A stretch of 40,773 bases of DNA from Salpingoeca rosetta (taxonomy: Eukaryota > Protista > Choanoflagellata). Where the stretch lies: contig JAWQFM010000011.1 of NCBI GenBank assembly GCA_033442325.1, forward strand, positions 1 to 40,773, given 5' to 3'. Below are positions 1-12,982 of the stretch, one piece after another. Position 1 is the stretch's first letter. Each line of letters starts with the position of its first letter. The translations under genes and the position numbers were made by a program. Under the pieces are notes generated by a model, which saw only the letters and a program-made list of their open reading frames with translations, ran no database searches and was not told the origin of the DNA.

Positions 1-540
1 TAGTAGAGATGCGCTTGCTCACGCGAGTGATCACAAGAACACACACAGAGACACGAGCAATCGCTTGCTCGCCTCCCCACATGTGCCTCATCACACCTAC
101 ACACAATGCTCACGCATCTCACACACACAAACAATCACACACTGACACACGCCCGTGCTGTTCTCATTGCATGTGCAGTGCATGCATGTGTGCTCGTGCA
201 TTGCTAACAACACCCATAAGAGTGCCGCTTCGCTTTGCCTGCACTCACACACACACATCACACACCAAATGAAGAGAGAGGTCGCTCAGAACACAGCAGA
301 ACAAAGACCCAAGAAGAAAGAGAAGTTGTAGCTGCAAGGGCGCAGACGCGGCTTTTCGTGCCCGCAAGCAGTCCTGCTCAGCGACATTCGCCTTGCTCTC
401 AAGCTTGCGCCTCTACTCAGCGGCTCTTTGCCTTTGCCTTCTCTTTTCCTTTTTTTGTCTTTCATTTGCATCCTTCCTCTCATGTATGCCAATCCATCGA
501 GCGGCAGCTGTTTGAATCGCTGCTTTGCCCTCGTGCACTT

Positions 541-1521
541 TGCCTGCAGGCACCGCAATCTAGATTCAGTGATTCTGCTAGATCTAGATTTGTGACTGGA
601 TCTAGCGAGTGCACACAGCTTCACTGCATCAAGATTCTTCACATTGCTCACACCCCAGATTCCCCTGGCCCGTGACCAACCAATGCTTGCATGCATGCAT
701 TTGCTTTGCTTACGCTGCATGCTGCACAGCTGCTTGGTGCATCGCGATGCAGTGTTCAGACACTACTCATGACAGCTTTGGGCTTTTTTCATCACATGAT
801 CGCACTTTTTCTGCACCCCTTTTTGACTTCACCGCGCCAGTCTCCCTACTCCGGTGATCAACTGAGCAAGCGAGCAAACGTCACTGCACCATGCCATGCG
901 CTGCTGCAATAGGCACAAGACCACGTAGCTGGCTTGCAGGCACACGTGTGTGCGAGCACACTGCACTGTGCGCACTTCTACTTGCCTGCAGGCACGCATC
1001 GCTGAAGCAAGAAGGAGCAAAGCAGAGGAACTGCGGAGTAGAGCAGCGAGGATGGATTCGTTTCCATGTGATTGCACAAGAGACAAGCAAGTAGGCAGAG
1101 GAACAGCGCAAGGGACACGTATGTACGTGTGTATGTGCATGTGTTTGTGTGTAGCTGTTGCCTGCAGGCACACGAACGTGTTTCTAATTGAAATGGATTG
1201 AATGAGTAGCAATCCTCTGCTCACTGCAGACACACTTGCATGCGATTGTGCAGTGCTGCTGTCTTGCTTGCAAGCATCGGTAGCTTCTCCTACATGAATT
1301 GGATTCACTGCACAACATCCCTCTACTCACTGTTGGGTTACTCGCAAGCACCCACAATATCCCTTGCTTGCATTGGATTCACTCCACCACATCCCTCTAC
1401 TCACTCGCAAGCACTCACAACATCTCCTGCTTGCATTGTATTTACTCCACTACGATCCCTGTGCTCACTCGCAGGCACTCGTGAGTTCGCTTGCTTGCTC
1501 TGTGCGTGTTGCTTGCAAGCA
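541..1521. repeat. Cluster of five perfect 12-bp palindromes TGCYTGCARGCA
   Basis: TGCCTGCAGGCA at 541-552, 983-994 and 1159-1170; TGCTTGCAAGCA at 1265-1276 and 1510-1521; near-copy GGCTTGCAGGCA at ~931-942. Confidence 0.75.
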
Positions 1522-1587
1522 CCCACAACTTTCCTTGCTTCTGCCTTGTTCACTTTACAACACTTCTCCACTCACTCGGCGCAGCAT
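1298..1587. repeat. Degenerate ~63-bp minisatellite (2 full and 2 partial units)
   Basis: Unit ATTGGATTCACTCCACCACATCCCTCTACTCACTCGCAAGCACTCACAACATCTCCTGCTTGC starts at 1372. Variants start at 1298 (with an 11-bp insert) and 1435 (partial), with a diverged partial at ~1515-1587. Confidence 0.8.
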
Positions 1588-3351
1588 TACAGTTTCACCC
1601 ACCATGCCTACACGTACCTGCAATCGACCCTTTATCAATCCTCACCATCACTCACACACCGCTCTGTCGCTCTCTCACCACTTCACTTCACTTCACGCCA
1701 CTTCACTTCACTCAGCAGCATCGCCTCGCTTCTTGGATTCACTCTCAGACATCACCTGCGCTTCCCCTCTCTCGCCTCCAGCAGCGACATATTCAGGTGC
1801 GTAAGAAGCTCGCTGCAATCGTCTTCTCCTCTTCCCCCTCCACCTTCTCTCTACGTGCACGCGTGCTACCTTACTGCTTGTGATGTTTGTGTTCCTGCTT
1901 CCTTTGCTCCACCTCCACAATCACAACACAACACACAACACACACACGTTCATGCATGTGCCGCTTTGTCCCTTTGTCTCACCCTTCACTCACTTGTTTC
2001 TCTCTCTCTTCCCTTTACCTTTCCACATTCCATGTGATGCATTGTTGATTTGCACTTGTTGCCACATGCTTTATTCACCCTTGTCTCTCTTCCATTCACT
2101 CACCGCCACACAGCACCTCTGCACACAACATCACACATCCTTCACTTCATTTCACACAACACAGCACCGCACAACATAACCCGCTGTATGCATTCGTGCT
2201 TCTCTTCGTCCTTTCCTTCACCACCTTGTCACCACAAGCCTTGTTTGTCCATTTCACCTGCGTTCCACCACCCTTTCTGTCTTGTTTCAATTCTTGCCAC
2301 TGCTGTTGTTGTTTCCATGCGCTTGCATGCCTTCCCTTGGCCTTGTTCACTACTTTGTGTCGCCACTCCTTCCCTTGAGCCTGCCTCCCCTTCCCTTCCC
2401 TTCCCTGCCTCGTTCATGTTTCATGCTGCATGTGTTACAACACATCATAAACCCATCAAGCCCACACTGCCTTCTTCACCATCAGCCCTGTTCACATCCA
2501 CCACCAGTCGCTGCCATCATCACTCGCTTCATCCTTTCCCCCTACTCCCTCGTTCGCAGCAGCTGCTGCTGTCCTCACCTGCATGCAACACCCACTCCAC
2601 AGCCACGCCCAGCTCACCACCAACCCAATTCACATCACACGCACACACACTGCAACCATCAGCACCCATCCACCAGTACCAACACACGTTACACACAGCT
2701 GCACATGCGTGTTGCATTGTATACTTTCATTACACTTCAGCAACACGACAGCAAACACACACACACACACGCACAGGTGGCAAGAAGAAAGCATCCCCAT
2801 ATCAACTGCAAGCAACACACAACAAGCGACAGCTCCATGCTGCGCCACACCGCTTCACTCCCCCATCAGCCGCCATCATCACCTTCAACCAACAACAGCA
2901 ACAGCAGCAGCAGTGTGCGTGCCGTGGCAAGAGAGAACAGAGAGAGAAAGGGAAAGGGAGGGAGGAAGGCAGAAGGATACAAGGAGAGAGACGTGCACGC
3001 TGTCAACAACAACACACACAACACAACACGGCACAATCAACACAACACCACCCGCTCACGCCCCTCCTTCTCCAACGAGGTGCGTGGTCTATGGCAGCCC
3101 CACGTCTTGCTTGCTTGTCCTGTGTCCTTGCTTGCCTGTGCCCTTGTTTGGTTGTGCGTGCCATGCCATGGGTTCCAACACACAGCCTGCACTTCTCCTG
3201 CACAAGCGTCCATGTGTGTGTGTGTGTGTGTGCGTGAGGGGATGACAAAGAAAGAGGGAAGAGGGAATGGAGCAGAAGAAGAAGAAAGGGAGAGATGGGA
3301 TGTGCGTGAGCACAGACGATGGTGATGGGCGCACACGACGTGGTTGTGGTG

Positions 3352-3390
<39 letters not shown>

Positions 3391-6300
3391 CGAAGCAGCA
3401 ACGCACAACAGACACAACAGACACAAACAGGGGGGAAACAAGAGCATAAGCAGCGCAACACACACACACACACACGCACCAAGGGAAGGACATCAGCCAG
3501 CCAGCATCATCCAACACCCCTTGCATCCACTGGTCCATCCATGCAGCAGTGGTGATGGCAGCAGAGGGAGAGAGAGGAGCGGAGAGGGAGAGAAGGAAGG
3601 GCATGCCTTGCCTGCCTGCCTTGGCTGTGTGGGGATGTGCGTCTGCACACCCACTCATTGTCTGTGTGTGTGTGTGTGTGTCACCATCCATACACACATG
3701 TGTGAGACAGAGGGAAGCAAGCAGCCATCACACACATACACAGTGTGAATCACAAGCAGACACAGCATGAACGACATGCACACAATCGCAGTCACACACA
3801 TGCAAGTGCAACGCACCGTGAGGTAGGCATCAGACTGCCTGTCACCATGTGTGCGTGTGTGTTCACACACATGTGTGTGGGTCGATGTAGGGCATCATCC
3901 CTCTCTGTGTGTGCGTGAGCCAAATGCATCCACAGCAGCAGGAGTGCGTGTGAGATCACAACACCCACCACAGCCACGTCCACCTCTCCATCAACAAACA
4001 CACAATCACACACAAACACCCGCACAGCGGTCAAACTAACTGACAGAACTCACCCAAACTCACGGTGCCAGCGTGCCATGGGCCTGTGCAGCACATATGT
4101 CAGCCTCACCAACCGTGGGCAACGCCTTGCATGCCTTTGGCCCTGCACACATCCATGCTGTGGGCGCTGCTGTGCGTGTTCTCTGCTTGCACCTGTGCAC
4201 CATCACACCATCACCCACCACACCCCACACAGTCCATGGAACCAAACGAGACCACCCACAACAGAACCGCCGGTGAGTGCCCGTCACAACGCGTACCCTC
4301 TCCCTCCTCCACCAACCCTGCGCCAGCCACGCACACGAACAACGCAAGCCACCATCCGCTCAAACACACACACGCACACGCACCTTGATTCTCGTTTCGC
4401 CTGCTGCTTGTTGCTTGGTCTTGTTGGTTCGTGTTTGGGCGATTGGTGGAAGATGCCACAAATAATCGCCCACTGCTGCGTTTGTGCAGCAACTGCTGTT
4501 TGCTTTTTGCTTGTTGAAGGGCGGACTTGCTTGGTTGGTTGGTTGGTTGGTTGGTTTCTATGAGACAAGAAGAGGGAGGGGGAAGGAGGGGGAACAGCAC
4601 TGTGTCTGAATGCAACGCAGGCTCACAGGCCTTGCAGGCTGAGGAGGGAAGGGAGAAGGGGACAAGAAAGGGGGGATCGGAAAAGAAGAAACAGCCAAAC
4701 ACACACGCACACACACACACACAGCTGTGGACAGCATGCACCCCCTCTCCTCTCTCTCCTCCTCACAGTCACAACAGACAACCAACAGCCACAAAGGGCT
4801 GGAAGAGAAAACAAACAATGGGGAGGGGCAACAGCCACCCAGCCAGATTGCCATGGAAGCAAGAGGCGAGGCGATGGAGAGGGGGGGAAGGAGAACACCG
4901 TCCATCAACACACACACACATCTATTGGGAGCCCCCACGTCTTCTGTCCTTGCTTCCCCTCTTCCTTTCCTCGGCCTGGGTTGAGTTGTGTTGGTTGAGG
5001 TGGCACAGCTCGCCATGGCTTGTCATGCCTGGATGTGGGTGTGGGTGTGGGCATGGGTGTTGGATGTGGACGGGTTTCTCACTCTGTGGGTGTGAAAAGG
5101 GGGTGGTGGGAAACAGTGGAAAGGGTGGCAGCAGCAGAAAGGAGGAGGAAGGAGAAGAAGCAAGGGGAGGGGGTGGATGTGAGCATGTCATGCATGAGTG
5201 AACAACAACCACAACACATGCGGCGTGGGGGTGATGATGATGTGCTTGGTGTTGCGTGTTGTTGTGATGACACAAGGACACGAAGGTCAACCACACACGC
5301 AATCACACACACCTCGTCGTCGATCAACGCATCTGCCCGACATATGCGCACACGCACATCTGCAGTCACACACACACACACAGTCAGACATGGCATTGCA
5401 GAGTGAGACGGTGCACCATGCACACGCATACATAACAATGCAAAACACAACCACCACAAGCATTACAACGACAACATCTCTCCCCTCATCTCCATCCCCC
5501 AAATGCACGGTCACATGACACGGTGCACAGCCATGGTGGTGATGATGGCCATGATGAACGCCTTCCTCCCACTTCCCCTCAACCCCCTTCCACCAAACAC
5601 ACGCACACCATTGCGTGCCCTCACCTCGTGCATCGTGTCGCTGTCGGCGTGGTTGATGGCGACGCACACACGCACACGCACACATCGCTGTGTGTTGAGA
5701 CGAGCAACGAAGAGAGAGAAATGGGCGACATGACATGATTGGCCAGTCAACCCCAGCCAATCCAATCCAGCATCACCGCCGTGTGTTGCCTGCTGCAGTC
5801 ATCACCACAATCACACAATCACAGGTGCAAGCAAAAGGAATGAGCCACTGATATATGTGTCATTGTCATGTGATACCACCAAGGACATCACGTGCATGTG
5901 CACACGCACTCCCCATCCCCCAACCAACATCATCGCCCTTCCATCACTTCCCTTCCCCCTCCCTCCTTTCGCTCTGCACTCCCACGTCGCACCATCACCA
6001 TCACCACCGCCACCATCACGGTGCCATTTCCCTCCTCCCCCTGCTTGCCCCACTCGACTCAACCCAGCCACCCACCAACCGCCAACGATCATCCTCACCT
6101 GTGCTTGATGCAGCCAGCCAGCCAGCCAACGTGCCACAGCGAAGCCAAACAAAATGGAACCGCAGTCACATGCCACGGCCACCATCATCATCGCTGATGG
6201 AGCAGAAAGAGGAGATGAAGGGGGAAGGGTGGCGGGCACGGGCCGTGTCTTTCCTTGTCTTCATCGGTGCAGCCCCAAACACGGTGCACAGCGCACACGC

Positions 6301-8058
6301 ACACGCCCGGCCATCATCACAGCAGCCACCAGCAGCAGCGAGCCAGCCTGCCCTGCGTGCCTGCCTGTGAGGCAAGGAGAAACCGACCAGAGACGAACAA
6401 CAATGACCGGTGATGATGAGGACAGGAAAGGAGGGCCACAAGGGACCACGCATGGAAATATGCAGCATGTTGTGGGCGGGTGCATCACCTACACACAAGA
6501 CCAACGAAGCAAGCACCCAACAAGCAAGCAACCAAGCGAGCCAGCAGGCAGGCACAAAATATCACCACATGCACCACATCCACCACTGCTGCAATACCTG
6601 TCACGCCTCAACAGATCCACATCACAAGGGAAAGGCTGATGATGATGATGATGACAGAGCAAAGGCGATTGGTTGGAAAAAGAAGAAGGGGATTCGGTTG
6701 GGGAAACCCGCACACACACACACACACGCACACACGCACATTGAGTTGTGAGATTGATTCATGTGAGACACACGTCAGTGCAACCACCCCACAGCCAATG
6801 ACTGCTGTGGTGTGTTGGCATCCACGTGTACGTGCGTACATGTGTGCGTGTGTGTTTGCAAGTGCCACCACCCATCACCACACACACACACACACACACA
6901 GCGGCAGCGTCTCACCTCGTGCCTTCTTCTCTGGCACAGTTGTGTGTGTGCGTGTATCGCCCTGCTTGTGTCATGGGGGCTTGGGAAGAGAACGGCCACC
7001 GTTCCGTGCAAAACACACACATGTACACATGCGCAAGCACAAACAACAAATCAGCAAGAAGAACACGACGCAGTGAGCCAGCATGGCAGAAACAAACCAC
7101 ATCCACCTCCTTGTGCCTCATTCACATCACCACATCACCACCTGTGCACGCACATGTCACATCCCCACACACAGATACACACCACCACCACCACATGCAG
7201 CACAAGCATCACACTTGCACATGCGTGTGCGTGCGCTGTCCACATCCACCACAAACCACTCACCACCATCATCATCGTCGTCATGTGAGGCAACGGCACA
7301 TCGACGCACATCACACTCTGTACGTGTATGTGTGGAGAAAGAGGTGAGTTGTCTCAGAATCAGGATATCAACGACAACTACACCCATTGCCAGCACCAAC
7401 AGACCCAACGACATCCAACCAGCGCTTCACAATCACACACATACATGCTGATGCTCACACCCGACACATCACACGCCACCCACATCACCACAACCACCAC
7501 CATTCATCTCACCTCCACATCCATAGCCGCAGCCGCTGCTGTTGGGGACCAACGACGACGAGGACGAGGAGGAGGAGATGGCCCAGAGGCAGAGGGCCCG
7601 TTCATCCACAATGCAGCCACATCAGGTACTGCTGTTGCTGATGGTGGAAACGGTGAAAACAAACGGCCCCTTGCCACGCCGTGTCCTTTGCTCGCTCGCT
7701 CGGCTGTTTGGTTGGTCGGTTGGATGGTGACGAGATACATGGCCCTGTGTCCAAATCAATCGAAAAAGGGGGAAGAAGAAGAAAAGACACATGAGTGGAC
7801 AGAACAGACAAGGAAAGTGGGAGGAGAAGGAGGAAACACAACATTTCAACCAACGCACACACACGCACACACATCTCAGTCGCCCTCTCACCTTCATCAC
7901 TCGTCATCGTCATCATCGTTGTTGGTTCCACCGCTTCATGCGCCTCCTCAACGCTGTCAAACGTGTGTGCACAGACACAAGATGGGAGAGAATGCAGGGG
8001 GATGAGATTGACAGCGAAGCATCATCAACTACATGTCAGCCCCATCCAACCACGCACT

Positions 8059-8095
<37 letters not shown>

Positions 8096-10156
8096 TGCTC
8101 ACCTCTTCATCAGAGCGAGTGACATGTGCAAGGTCTGCCTCACGCCAGATTGGAGCTGGTGTCGGCCGGAGTGTGATGGCGGCTGTGCGGTCGATGGCGG
8201 TGATGACAGAGGAGCTGAGGTGGAAGAGCGAGAAAGGAGAAAGAAATGGGGAAGGTTGATGAGGATGTGGCATTCATGGCGGCTGCTTTCCCCTCCTCTG
8301 ATGTGGCCCTGGTGCGCATGCAACCAACACACAACGACAAGACACAACGATACCATCCCACACAAGGCACAGGTATGGCATGTCAGCACAGCAGACGCGT
8401 TCACCTTCCTGACCCTCCTCTGCTTTCCTCCTCCTCGTCCCATCACACACACACACACACACACACACACCTGCACACGCACCTGCGCATGATTGCGTCG
8501 CTGTGGTTGGATGTGCCCACCATGACCATGGACGTGTGTGTCCACAGCTGCTCCTCCCGATCCATCATGTGTGCACCACCCATCATCATCCTCCAACGAT
8601 CCTCAGGCAGTCGCCCCCCTTGCAGCCACACACACATACACACATGGTATGTGAGCTGCAAAGCTACGCTGCTGCACGAGCACCCACAGCAACAACACAA
8701 AGCACACACAGCAGCAACAACAACAACACATGCACCATGTGCCAACCAAAGCATGCATGATGGGCTCACCTTGCTCACACATGTGGGAACGCTGCATGAG
8801 CACAACAGCGGCAGCCGAATCGGGGAAGTTGCAGCAGGAGCAGCCGGCATGCGAGCCCGCTTCCATCAACATCCTAATGTGTGCTGGTACCTCACCACCT
8901 GTGCATGTGTGTGTGTGTGTGCGTGGTTGCAGGGAACGTGGATGGGAACAGAACACAACAGGCACAGAGCAAGCCATCATGTCAGCACAGCAGAAAGAGT
9001 GATTGACGTCACACGCACCACGTGTGCGTGTGTGTGCGTGTATGTGTGCGTGTGTCAGTGTGTGTGATCATCATCCCCCATCAACCCTTCCCTCGTTCGC
9101 TTCACCGCATCCCAGCACCGCCACCCCACTTCATCACACAACCAACCAGCCACCCATCACCACGCACATACCATGTGTGATGCGAGTGCAGCTGGCACGC
9201 GTGGCAAGAATCCTCGACATTTCCCTCATCCTGCCTGTAAGTGTGCATCGCCTGTAAGTGTGTTTGTGTGCGAGCACCAGCATGGTGAGTGAGTGAGTGG
9301 CAGGGAAAGAGGGAGCATGGATATGTGCGCAGCTACATTGCTGATGCCACAGCTAATGTTGTGCATGAATGTGTGTGAAGGAGAAGAAAGGGAAGAGAGA
9401 GAGAGAGAGGAAACAGAAAACAGAAGGGAAGGAACAAGACATGCGGCACCCCATCCATCCACCCATCCATCTTCCTCACACCACCACACCGCCATCCCCG
9501 TCACCAGCCACACCGCACCACACCACACCCAGCATCCCCCACCCCACCTCATCCATAAATCCATCCATCCATCCAACACACATCTTCTCCGTTTTCCCTC
9601 TTCATCTCGCCCTCACCTCTGCTGCTGTTGCTGCTTCCAGCCGAAAATGCAACTTGTGCTGTCGCCACCTGTTCCCAGCTGCAAACAGCCAGCTCCCGGC
9701 AGCAGCAGCAGTGGGCGATGGGTTGGTTGGTTGCCTGGTTGGTTGGTTGGGAGATGTGTTCAGCAGCAAGTGATGGTGGTGGTGCATTCTCTGCTGCTGC
9801 TGCTGCATCGGCGGTGGAGGGTGTGTTGGCTGCTGCTGCTGTTGTTGTTGTTGTGATGGCCGTCAGGGAGGGCGAGAAAGAGCGGGAAAGACGAGCAGCA
9901 GCTGCAAGGTGGAGAATGTGCAGGTGTGCAAGCAGTTGTGTGTGAGAACGAAGAATGAGACAGCGCATCAAGCAAGGCAATACAGGCAGCTGCACCACAC
10001 ACATGCATGTACATTGATGTGGGACAACAAGGGGAGACAGGAGCAACAGAGACAGCGACCACAAAACACGCACACTGGTGCTGTGCGCATCATACACACA
10101 TGCTGTGATGCACTCACGTTGCTCATCGCTTGCTTGTTTGTGGTGTATTGTTGGTG

Positions 10157-10431
10157 CTACTGCTTCCGCAATCGCACGGGCGTGGCTGGACGGTCATTAC
10201 ATGGCAGCGCCCGTCTGTTCATCCCACCAGAGCAGTGGTGTTTGGTGGAGGGGGAGGGGGTGACAGCTGCTGGTTCAAGGGCCCTCTGTGTGGCGACAGC
10301 AGAAAGGAAGGAAGGGGAAACGAGCATGTGTGGAAGGTGATTGTGGTGTTGAGGGTGGGAAGGGAAGGATGTGAGCAAACACACAAGAAAATGAGGAGGT
10401 GGTGATGATGGCGTGTGGATGGGTGGAGAAG

Positions 10432-10472
<41 letters not shown>

Positions 10473-10813
10473 ACACACACACCCTCACCTGCCACGCGTT
10501 GTCGCCGCTGAACAGGTTGATCCTGGCAGACTCCAGCGCTGACAGTAGCAAACAACACAATCATGACACACGAGTTGGCAGATGGTGAGAGTGGTTGAAT
10601 GGACACGAGAACAAGCAAGCCACGCACATACCACACCGTACTCGCCACACTCATTCGACAGCCCCCTGTGCCAACAACGTACTCCCTCACCTGTGTGCAC
10701 TTGGGTGGAGAGGGACTTGAAGAACTCCTCAACACAAACACAACGCGTCTCTGCATCATCTCCACCACCTCATCAGGGATCGACCGCAGATCCTCGGAAG
10801 CTGAACACAGTGG

Positions 10814-10904
<91 letters not shown>

Positions 10905-11514
10905 GTGTGTGCAACGTGACATGCAAGCCATCACCGACCACAATCCCCATGAAAACACATCATCCCCTCACGCATCACTTCACATCCCCATGTCACCGAT
11001 CTATCACCACACCTCGAGGAGCCTGTGCTCGGGAATGCGAATACTGAACGTCTCCCAGTCCAGCAGGTCCTGGTAGGGCTGCAAGCATGCGAAAAGCAAA
11101 CACCACAACATCACATCACAGCAGCATGAGCGACGGGAGGGGTACATGTCCTCACACACACACACACTCACACACACACACACCCTCACCTGCCACGCGT
11201 TGTCGCCGCTGAACAGGTTGATCCTGGCAGACTCCAGCGCTGACAGTAGCAAACAACACAATCATGACACACGAGTTGGCAGATGGTGAGAGTGGTTGAA
11301 TGGACACGAGAACAAGCAAGCCACGCACATACCACACCGTACTCGCCACACTCATTCGACAGCCCCCTGTGCCAACAACGTACTCCCTCACCTGTGTGCA
11401 CTTGGGTGGAGAGGGACTTGAAGAACTCCTCAACACAAACACAACGCGTCTCTGCATCATCTCCACCACCTCATCAGGGATCGACCGCAGATCCTCGGAA
11501 GCTGAACACAGTGG

Positions 11515-11605
<91 letters not shown>

Positions 11606-11850
11606 GTGTGTGCAACGTGACATGCAAGCCATCACCGACCACAATCCCCATGAAAACACAGCATCCCCTCACGCATCACTTCACATCCCCATGTCACCGA
11701 TCTATCACCACACCTCGAGGAGCCTGTGCTCGGGAATGCGAATACTGAACGTCTCCCAGTCCAGCAGGTCCTGGTAGGGCTGCAAGCATGCGAAAAGCAA
11801 ACACCACAACATCACATCACAGCACCATGAGCGACGGGAGGGGTACATGT

Positions 11851-11886
<36 letters not shown>

Positions 11887-12058
11887 CACACACACACACA
11901 CACACACACACACAATGTACAATCCATCCATACGCACCAGCACGTAGTGATCGACGACAATGACGGGGATGGCACCCGCAGCCATGATCTACCAGGCATG
12001 AAGGGGATGACAGGAGATGGAAGGTGGGTGAGACCACGAACAGGACCGAAATTGTCTG

Positions 12059-12114
<56 letters not shown>

Positions 12115-12838
12115 CTGAAGGGGTGGTAGCCAAATACATCCACGATGAGCCCAAACTTGGTCTCCAGCGTCAGCTCCGTGTACGTGTACCTGTTGAACTC
12201 TTTCTCTGCCTGCTTACATGAGGGGTCATACCCAACCTTCGCCCTCACGACCCATGCGCTCCTCGCCAAGAAACCACCGGCACGCGCACACCAACACAAT
12301 GCCCCTGCGCATACACAAGCAAACATACAAAGAGACAATGTGGGTGTATGTGTGAGTTGGATCCAGAAAGACACGCACACAGCACCAAAACGAGTTGATG
12401 CCGAGGCAACACACGAAACACAAGCACGGAACACACAACACTCGCACGCGTAGCACACCACACCTGCCATTGTGCAGCTTGGGGAGGTGGTTGCGCATGG
12501 CATCAGAGCGAGCAGACTTGGTGGTGCCCCTGCACAACAGGGAAAGAAGACACACGTCAAGCAGCGGCACCCCGACAGGTTTGGAGTGAGATTGCAGCGG
12601 CTACAAGAAGCGCGAGTGGTGGTGCAGTGAGCGACACCAACCCTCACAGCAACAGCAGTGAACATCGAACCTCACACCGCACCACGTCACAACACGCATG
12701 CATGTACACACCTGAAGGTGACGAGGTATTGCCTGTTTGTGTGGGCGGAACGCGTCGCTGCTCCGGTGTGCATGAATGAATGTCACCATGGAGAAGGGTG
12801 GCATGTACACATCGAGGCCGTCACGGTGGTGGAATCCA
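10157..12838 (-). pseudogene. Exostosin (EXT1/EXT2-like, GT47) glycosyltransferase remnant, spliced, frameshifted, 5'-truncated
   Basis: GT-AG-bounded exons: 12712-12838 (HRDGLDVYMPPFS...RQYLVTFR), 12464-12529 (GTTKSARSDAMRNHLPKLHNGR), 12115-12304 (GIVLVCAC...YDPSCKQAEKEFNRYTYTELTLETKFGLIVDVFGYHPFR), 11938-11988 (IMAAGAIPVIVVDHYVL), 11714-11779 (PYQDLLDWETFSIRIPEHRLLE), 11392-11501 (LPRI/RSIPDEVVEMMQRRVVFV/EEFFKSLSTQVHT), 11190-11239 (ALESARINLFSGDNAWQ). Duplicate exons lie at 11013-11078, 10691-10800 and 10489-10538, with a possible last exon at 10157-10285. The peptides are collinear with the EXT1 GT47 domain as recalled (LHNGEDVVL..YDYREML..SFRFLEALQAACVPV..LPFSEVINW..IPSTIRSI). Frame changes are needed in at least three exons. 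Confidence 0.85.
10452..11853. repeat. 701-bp direct tandem duplication (10452-11152 / 11153-11853)
   Basis: Constant 701-bp offset throughout. Only two differences were seen (10960 T vs 11661 G; 11124 G vs 11825 C). The boundaries fall in (CA)n tracts. Confidence 0.95.
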
Positions 12839-12982
12839 CTGAAGTGGTGTGATGAGATGGAACAGACAGGATTGGGGGAAGCGTGTAAGCATCAGCAGTC
12901 GCACATGGTGCGTGCCAACCCCATATACATCCCTCTTCCACCACATACATGCACACACACACACACATACACACACACCTAC

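Noticed and set aside
557-606. CTAG cluster as a Helitron 3' end
   Set aside because: There is no clear GC-rich hairpin at the expected spacing and no Rep/helicase or transposase coding sequence in the window.
1298-1587. CRISPR-like array
   Set aside because: The units are contiguous degenerate tandem repeats without unique spacers, the context is eukaryotic, and there are no cas genes.
9192-9236. LARVARILDISLILP resembles an O-fucosyltransferase 'ARxLNxTLVLP' motif
   Set aside because: Only 15 residues, with no supporting neighbouring exons.
1-10150. Numerous 60-395 aa ORFs rich in H/T/C/V
   Set aside because: They are translations of (CA)n/(TG)n and other simple repeats that lack stop codons, with no recognisable domains.
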